Part shown: piece by piece, positions 57,921 through 64,000 of the stretch
Position numbering within the stretch: position 1 is the first letter of the stretch
Layout of the letters: every line of letters begins with the position of its first letter
NCBI GenBank assembly: GCA_023250675.1
Contig: JAHFAE010000003.1
Span: forward strand, 4,311-68,310
DNA length: 64,000 bases
Reading direction: 5' to 3'
Source: Oligoflexia bacterium
GTDB taxonomy: Bacteria; Bdellovibrionota; Bdellovibrionia; JABDDW01
Made by a program: the position numbers and the translations under genes
Notes under the pieces: generated by a model
Told to the model about the DNA's origin: nothing
What the model saw: only the letters and a program-made list of their open reading frames with translations
The model's database searches: none

Positions 57921-59609
57921 CTATTCATCTTCCTGAGTGGTCGAGAGAAGTTCTTCAATAGTAGTAATACCTTGCAGTACTTTTTTGACTCCATCTTCTC
58001 TAAAAGTTTTCATTCCTTGAGCTTGGGCTGCTCTTTTTATAGTCCCACTGTCTTTATTTTGCAAAATGAGCTGCCTGATACCCTCGTTCATCTGTAAAAG
58101 CTCTGAAATAACAGTTCGACCAATATATCCTTTTTGATTGCATTGGTTACATCCACCGGCCTTAAAGACGCTGCCTTTACGGGCATCATCCCGCGTTGCT
58201 TCAATACTCGCAAGCTCAGCGTCGGTCGGATTGTAAGCTACTTTGCAATGGGGACAAAGAACTCTAATGAGTCTTTGGGCCAAGATTCCTATAAGACTAC
58301 TTGAAACTAGAAATGGTTCACACCCCATATCAATAAGCCTTGGTATAGCGCCCGCAGAATCATTAGTGTGAATTGTTGATAAAACCAAGTGACCTGTTAA
58401 TGAAGAGTTGATAGCAATTTCAGCTGTTTCAAAATCACGAATCTCACCAATCATAATGACATCGGGGTCTTGACGTAAAATGGCCCGCAATCCGTTAGCA
58501 AATGTAAGATTGATTTTACTATTCACTTGAATTTGGCCGATGCCGTGAATGGTGTATTCAACGGGGTCTTCAACAGTAATAATATTTCGCTCAATACTGT
58601 TAATGGCCATCAGGGCTGCGTACAATGTTGTTGATTTGCCAGAACCGGTAGGGCCTGTGACAAGAAAAATTCCATGCTGCTTATTAACGAGATCTAAAAT
58701 ATTCTGCAGACTCTGATCGTGAAAGCCAAGTTGAGGAAGTTCTAAAATAACATTGCTTCTATCTTGAAGACGCATGACAAGTCGCTCGCCATGGGATGTG
58801 GGTACAGAACTCAATCGAATATCAATATCTTTACCGGCCATCTTGATGGGAATTCGACCATCTTGGGGTAGACGCTTTTCAGCAATATTGAGATTGGCCA
58901 TGACCTTAATTCTTGAAGTGATGGCACTTTGAAGTTTTTTAGGTGGTTTAAAAATATCGTATAAAACACCGTCGATGCGAAAGCGCACGACGAGATCTCG
59001 CTCGTAGGGCTCCACATGAATATCAGAAGCTTTTTCTTTCACAGCTCTAAATAAAAGGGAATTGACGAGCTTAATGACAGGAGCGTCGTCATCGCCGGCT
59101 TCTAATAAATCAATGGGTTCGTCAAAATCGTATGATTCCCCATCATCCATTCCTTCGATTCCCTCGAAGGCGGCCGTGCTTTTTTCGTAAACTTTATTTA
59201 TGGCATCTTGAATTTTAACACTTGCGACGACGATGGGGACAACTCTTTTTCCAAAAAGAGTTCTCATATCATCAATGATTTTGTAATTCATGGGGTTTGA
59301 AGTCAGAACTTTAATATGATCGGTCTCACTCTTAAACGGGAGTACTTCGTATTGTTTGGCGTAGTTAATTGGAATATTTTTAACCAAATCAACGGGTATG
59401 TCGTTAATGGGAATTTCTTTCATATAGTCCACTTGAATATGAGCGCAAAGTGCCTTGAGCACATCATCAAGCCCAGTGAGATTTTTCTTAACGAGCTCCT
59501 CACTCAAAGTGAGGCCCTTGGGAGTTTTTAATTCCAAAACTTTAGTGAGCTGATTTTCCGTGAGTGTGGTGCCCTTTAATAAAAGGGCACCTACAGTTTC
59601 ATTTGCCAA
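57921..59609 (-). CDS. gspE: T2SS ATPase GspE
   Basis: ASDIHVEP, GPTGSGKS, EDPVE, LRQDPD, CPHC/CNQC. Confidence 0.95.
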   Translation of the reverse strand: MANETVGALLLKGTTLTENQLTKVLELKTPKGLTLSEELVKKNLTGLDDVLKALCAHIQVDYMKEIPINDIPVDLVKNIPINYAKQYEVLPFKSETDHIKVLTSNPMNYKIIDDMRTLFGKRVVPIVVASVKIQDAINKVYEKSTAAFEGIEGMDDGESYDFDEPIDLLEAGDDDAPVIKLVNSLLFRAVKEKASDIHVEPYERDLVVRFRIDGVLYDIFKPPKKLQSAITSRIKVMANLNIAEKRLPQDGRIPIKMAGKDIDIRLSSVPTSHGERLVMRLQDRSNVILELPQLGFHDQSLQNILDLVNKQHGIFLVTGPTGSGKSTTLYAALMAINSIERNIITVEDPVEYTIHGIGQIQVNSKINLTFANGLRAILRQDPDVIMIGEIRDFETAEIAINSSLTGHLVLSTIHTNDSAGAIPRLIDMGCEPFLVSSSLIGILAQRLIRVLCPHCKVAYNPTDAELASIEATRDDARKGSVFKAGGCNQCNQKGYIGRTVISELLQMNEGIRQLILQNKDSGTIKRAAQAQGMKTFREDGVKKVLQGITTIEELLSTTQEDE

Positions 59610-59618
59610 AGAGGCTCC

Positions 59619-61988
59619 TTATTTTGGATTAGACTCGAGTTTACCGTTACGTTCCATGCGCAACGAATCAAGGTATTCTCCTTGGGCATCTTTGCCCCCA
59701 ACATTTTTTTCAATAAATCTGACGCGATCTTTCATCTTTTGAACGAGGAGATTGGCAGAGTCTTCAGTGTTTCTAATAATTTTTGGCGTTAAAAACATAA
59801 GGAGATTTTGCTTAGTAGTCTCCGTTCTCTTGCTCTTGAATAGCCATCCTAGAATGGGAATATCACCAAGTAATGGCACTTTAACAACTGTCACAATTTC
59901 GTTATCAGTCATTAAGCCGCCCAACACAATGGTATCGCCGTCTCGTACCATGACATTTGTTTTTGCAAAGCGCTTGGTGGTCGTAACGGCATTGGCTTGT
60001 AAGTTTGCCGCCCCTGAAGACCTGGTTGACAACCCTTGAACTTGTTGGTCAATTTCAAGGCGCATAGTATTTGATTTAGGACTAATATGGGGTTTGATGT
60101 CTAATTTAATAGTCACGTCTTCACGAGTGACACTTGTTGTTGTGCCGGCAGCGGTAGTATTTGACGAAGCTGTAACAGGGACTTTTTCACCCACTTCTAA
60201 AATGGCATTTTCATTATCAAGGGCCATAATTTGAGGAGTGCTCAAAATATTAACGTTGGCTACTGAAGATAAAAAGTTAATAAAGCCTATCAAGTTTGGA
60301 ATTTTTACAACTTCAGACGCACCCGGTGGTTTTACGCTTACTTGGCCACCACCACCAAATCCCAAAATAGCACCCGTATCTTTTGAAGGATCCAAAACAT
60401 TAGCCACGGGTTCGGATACAAACCCCGATCGGCCTGCAAAACTATCGCCTATTAAGTTATAATAACTGATACCCCAAGATTTTTTGCCCTCAACGTTCAT
60501 TTCTAGAATTACACCTTCAACAAAGACTTGATCACGGGCAATATCTAATTTTGCTAGAATGGCTTGGACAATTTCGTAGTCTTGTTTACTGGCCGTAACA
60601 ACTAAACTATTAGTTGTTTTGTCTGCGACAACTTTAACGTCGCCGCCAAAAATGGTGGTCTTTGAAATGGGTGCCGTCCCGCCGATGGGCCCAGAGGGGG
60701 CCGAAGTGGCTGCCGCTGTTGATGCCTGGGCAAGGCCTGAAAGAGTAGCAGAAATTTTTTCTGCGTCGCCGAAGCGAACATAATAGACATAAACGCCGCC
60801 CGCATCTTCGGGGCGCATTCGATAATCTAATTTAGCAACGAGCTTTTTAATCTTACCGATACCTTGGGTGTTACCAACGACAATGAGTGAATTTGTGCGT
60901 TCATCGGGTATAACGAGAGAAAACGCTTCACTGCCTTGACCTTGGGATCCACCCAACGGAGTAAATCGCGGAATCCCCGCAGTAAATGCATTACCCTGAC
61001 TCCCAGAGCCTTTTCCTTTATTGATAATTTGATCTACAAGTTTTGCAATATCTGCGGCTCTCGCGTATCGTACTCGCACAACTTCGAGTTGCTCTTCAAA
61101 ACCCGGCACGTCAATTTGGCGCAAAATTTTCATAATGCGTTCAATATTGCTGCCATAATCAGACATGATGAGAGTGTTGGTGGGTTCATAGACGCGCATT
61201 TCACCGAGGCGTGACTGCAAAATGGGTCCGAGGCTGTTGTAAACCTCTTTTGCTTGAATATAGCGTAATTGCACTATGCGCGTGATCATGGAGTCAGTAT
61301 TGGGCGAATAAGCGCCCGAATAGGTGTCTAAGTTATCTCGTTGAGCGTTGTTCGCTTGTTTTATCTTTAAAAATTTTCCTGAAGGAACGACAGTGAGACC
61401 GTTAATTGCCAGCGCAGACAAAAAAGCCTTATATGCTTCAGCCACAGTGATTCGAGTTGGAGCAATGATTGTGATTTTTCCACGAACTTGAGTGTCTATA
61501 ATAAAATTTTTGCCCGTTAATTCTGAAATGGCTTTAACGATGTCGGTGATTTCGGCATTCGGGTAGTCAAAACTGTCAATGAGGTCTGGAAAATTCTCGT
61601 CAGTAATGTCTTTATCAGACGCATCGGCCATATTGGGAGTGAGTTTAGTTAATAAATTCGTCGGTTCTTTTCGATTTCGTCTTGGAATTGGTTTTGCGGC
61701 TTTTAGTTTTCCACCAATTGACCCATTGCCACTGGGGGGGGGAGAATTGAATTGACTGTCCTGAGGATTATTTATCGAAGAATCATTAAAATTTTTACGA
61801 CCAGTACCGTTGAATCCGCCGTAGGGATTTTGCTGATAGGATCCGGGAGGAGATGGTGGGGCATCAAAATCTTCGTCATCGAGAAAGTTATCCGTACTAG
61901 GTGGAGGCACTTGACCTTCAAGTGCCAGCGAAAAAACGAGCACTGATGTAAAAAACAAAGAAACCCCAACGCCAAGGTGTTTTTTCAT
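59619..61988 (-). CDS. gspD: T2SS secretin GspD
   Basis: TGKNFII, N domains, QVFVEG, KVPLLGDIPILGWLFKS. Confidence 0.95.
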   Translation of the reverse strand: MKKHLGVGVSLFFTSVLVFSLALEGQVPPPSTDNFLDDEDFDAPPSPPGSYQQNPYGGFNGTGRKNFNDSSINNPQDSQFNSPPPSGNGSIGGKLKAAKPIPRRNRKEPTNLLTKLTPNMADASDKDITDENFPDLIDSFDYPNAEITDIVKAISELTGKNFIIDTQVRGKITIIAPTRITVAEAYKAFLSALAINGLTVVPSGKFLKIKQANNAQRDNLDTYSGAYSPNTDSMITRIVQLRYIQAKEVYNSLGPILQSRLGEMRVYEPTNTLIMSDYGSNIERIMKILRQIDVPGFEEQLEVVRVRYARAADIAKLVDQIINKGKGSGSQGNAFTAGIPRFTPLGGSQGQGSEAFSLVIPDERTNSLIVVGNTQGIGKIKKLVAKLDYRMRPEDAGGVYVYYVRFGDAEKISATLSGLAQASTAAATSAPSGPIGGTAPISKTTIFGGDVKVVADKTTNSLVVTASKQDYEIVQAILAKLDIARDQVFVEGVILEMNVEGKKSWGISYYNLIGDSFAGRSGFVSEPVANVLDPSKDTGAILGFGGGGQVSVKPPGASEVVKIPNLIGFINFLSSVANVNILSTPQIMALDNENAILEVGEKVPVTASSNTTAAGTTTSVTREDVTIKLDIKPHISPKSNTMRLEIDQQVQGLSTRSSGAANLQANAVTTTKRFAKTNVMVRDGDTIVLGGLMTDNEIVTVVKVPLLGDIPILGWLFKSKRTETTKQNLLMFLTPKIIRNTEDSANLLVQKMKDRVRFIEKNVGGKDAQGEYLDSLRMERNGKLESNPK

Positions 61989-61995
61989 ATTGCCC

Positions 61996-62988
61996 TCATC
62001 GAATATTGTAAGTCAAAGTTACCAACCGTCCATTTCGTTCGACGACCAAACGAACTTGGTTCTTTGTTCTCAAACTATTGTAAAGTTCCATGCTCTTAGA
62101 CACGCTATCCAGTTGTTCGCCATCGACTTGTTTAATCACATCGCCTGGATCAACGAGTTTGCGTAAAATAGAATTTTCTTGAATATCCACAACCCGAAAT
62201 CCATCAATTCTGCCATTGACCATATTGGGAAGAGCTCGAGCTTCAGTTAACAACTGTGGAAGATTACTCATCAAACCCTCAAGCTCTGAGCGATTGATGG
62301 CGAAAACTCCATCGCCTTCTTTCTGAAATGGTCCCATGGCTGGGTCCTTGGGAACCATTTTTTTTTGAAAACTGAATGCCGAATCGTCTTTGATGTGAAT
62401 GAATTCCAATGCCCCGCTAGAGAGATTACGAATGAATGCTTTTTTCCTCTCCACTTTGATTAAAGTAGCCAGCCCCTCAATATCGTCATTGGGAATATAG
62501 GGGAGAATCTTTTCGGCGTTCCCTTTTGCTTCGATAGTAGCAACGCATTTTCCCGGGTTTACATGGACGATGGTTCCCACAAGTGTTAAGGGAAGCTGAG
62601 ATTCTTTAGCCATACTGGTGTTATCCACATCAGGACTATTTTCAGCAATTTCGATGTCAGGAATAATTCCGTCACTATTAAAAACGTTTCTCGCTAAAAT
62701 ATCGTTGTAATCAGACAAGGGCCTATAGGGAGGCGGTTCCACGGTTTTAGGTTTAGCATTTGGTGCCGCATTAGGAATCATGTGAGCTCTCATGGCCACA
62801 CCGGTGAGATCCGCCATCATGGCACCGATGGCCGCTACAAAAACGTAGGGTAAAGCGCTGTTGAATTGTCCCAAGCCCCGCCGAATCCGCCTTAAGGGAG
62901 CTAGTTGGGAGGAGCCCGATTCTTGTATCCTGGCACTTGCAGGAATTTCTGGTCCTTTTTTTTTAGAAAAAAAGTCCATTATCCCCAT
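61996..62988 (-). CDS. gspC: T2SS protein GspC (HR plus PDZ)
   Basis: TM, RNVF, LTLVGT, C-terminal PDZ (GDVIKQVDG, ERNG). Confidence 0.85.
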   Translation of the reverse strand: MGIMDFFSKKKGPEIPASARIQESGSSQLAPLRRIRRGLGQFNSALPYVFVAAIGAMMADLTGVAMRAHMIPNAAPNAKPKTVEPPPYRPLSDYNDILARNVFNSDGIIPDIEIAENSPDVDNTSMAKESQLPLTLVGTIVHVNPGKCVATIEAKGNAEKILPYIPNDDIEGLATLIKVERKKAFIRNLSSGALEFIHIKDDSAFSFQKKMVPKDPAMGPFQKEGDGVFAINRSELEGLMSNLPQLLTEARALPNMVNGRIDGFRVVDIQENSILRKLVDPGDVIKQVDGEQLDSVSKSMELYNSLRTKNQVRLVVERNGRLVTLTYNIR

Positions 62989-63175
62989 AAAGATAATGGT
63001 CTTTTCAAAGGTAGTATCATCCTTGATTCTCCAGCCATTATTTTACTTAAAATTACTTTAAAAGACTTCAAGTTTTTACCCAAAATGCAATGCGTTAACG
63101 CCTCGTTTTTCGAGCCTAGTCTAGGTGCTTTTTTTTATTTGCTAAGATGTTCAAAAATAATCATAGTGGATCGCC

Positions 63176-64000
63176 ATGTTTGAATCGCTTTCAGATAAAA
63201 TTCTCTCTGGTCTAAAGAAAATTTCTGGGCAAGGGAAAATCTCTCAATCTCAAATAGAAGAAGCCCTTAAAACCATTCGCCTCGCTCTTTTAGAAGCCGA
63301 TGTCAATTTCAAAGTTGTCAAACAATTCGTTGATGCTGTTTCTGTCAAAGCTATGGGACAAGAGATTGTCGCCAGTGTCACTGCAGGTCAGCAAATCATT
63401 AAAATCGTTCATGACGAACTTGTTCATCTTTTAGGCGACACAAACTCTGCACTAAATTTTTTAGGCCATGGTCCCCATGTGATTATGCTTGTAGGACTTC
63501 AAGGTGCCGGTAAGACGACGTCGTCGGCAAAATTGGCTCGCCATATTTCTAAAAAGGGACGTCAACCACTTCTCGTCCCCGTTGACGTTCAAAGACCCGC
63601 TGCTATAGAGCAATTAAAAACTTTAGGTCGCTCACTGAATTTGCCGGTATTTGACACGCAAGGCTCTGACAGACCCTCAACGATTTGCAAAAAAGCTCTA
63701 GTTTTTGCCCAAGAAAACGGCAAAGACACTCTCATTGTCGACACTGCAGGTAGGCTTCAAATCGACGAAGAATTGATGTCTGAACTTGTAGATATCAAAA
63801 AGATTCTTTCACCAGCCGAAATCTTATTCGTCGCAGATTCAATGAGTGGACAAGAAGCGGTAAACGTAGCTCTGGGATTTCATGAAAAGCTTTGTCTAAC
63901 CGGCGTTGTCCTCACAAAAATGGATGGGGATGCGCGTGGTGGGGCTGCTTTGTCAATTAAGGCTACCACAGGAATTCCCGTCAAATTTGTCGGTATTTCA
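63176..64000 (+). CDS. ffh: Signal recognition particle protein Ffh (3'-partial)
   Basis: MFESLSDK, ALLEADVNFKVV, GLQGAGKTT, DTAGRLQ, TKMDGDARGG; runs off the window and is not in the ORF track. Confidence 0.95.
   Translation, partial: MFESLSDKILSGLKKISGQGKISQSQIEEALKTIRLALLEADVNFKVVKQFVDAVSVKAMGQEIVASVTAGQQIIKIVHDELVHLLGDTNSALNFLGHGPHVIMLVGLQGAGKTTSSAKLARHISKKGRQPLLVPVDVQRPAAIEQLKTLGRSLNLPVFDTQGSDRPSTICKKALVFAQENGKDTLIVDTAGRLQIDEELMSELVDIKKILSPAEILFVADSMSGQEAVNVALGFHEKLCLTGVVLTKMDGDARGGAALSIKATTGIPVKFVGIS

Noticed and set aside
1..64000. CRISPR array, rRNA, prophage structural genes, retron or DGR
   Set aside because: No spaced direct repeats, rRNA-like tracts, capsid/terminase or reverse transcriptase motifs were seen.

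Overview
Bacterial chromosomal window, probably Bdellovibrionota (an inference from gene order and content: cmk-ispH-rpsA-sppA, tmk-holB-yaaT-metG-tatD, a gspC-N type II secretion operon with a PilM-like GspL, and a GGTGCCTGGCACC REP-like palindrome). Most of it is housekeeping: rimP-nusA-infB-rbfA-nrnA-truB-rpsO-pnp-M16 peptidase-dut, a class II RNR, ilvA, ssb, fliL, the T2SS and a partial ffh. The most notable feature is a ~6.07 kb integrative element (2397-8477) inserted at the 3' end of tRNA-Leu(CAA). It encodes a large serine recombinase, a small coupled ORF, a replication-relaxation protein, a TumE/TumA-like toxin-antitoxin pair and a secreted HExxH protein. Its att core (TGGTGCC) lies inside the recombinase gene. 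When integrated, the recombinase ends in 35 aa read from the antisense strand of the tRNA. Excision would fuse it in frame to a start-less 74-codon HTH-like reading frame at the other end of the element (2404-2628). The reconstructed attP is a 52 bp site with terminal inverted repeats centred on a GC dinucleotide, and the matching motif in the tRNA half-site lies 5 bp closer to the centre, as is typical of attB versus attP. Other observations: a hydantoinase/oxoprolinase pair that has lost its catalytic motifs, an in-frame TAA in the M16 peptidase, sigma54-type promoters before secreted-protein genes, and an operator-like palindrome over a near-consensus sigma70 promoter. All calls come from reading motifs by eye; no database searches were run.
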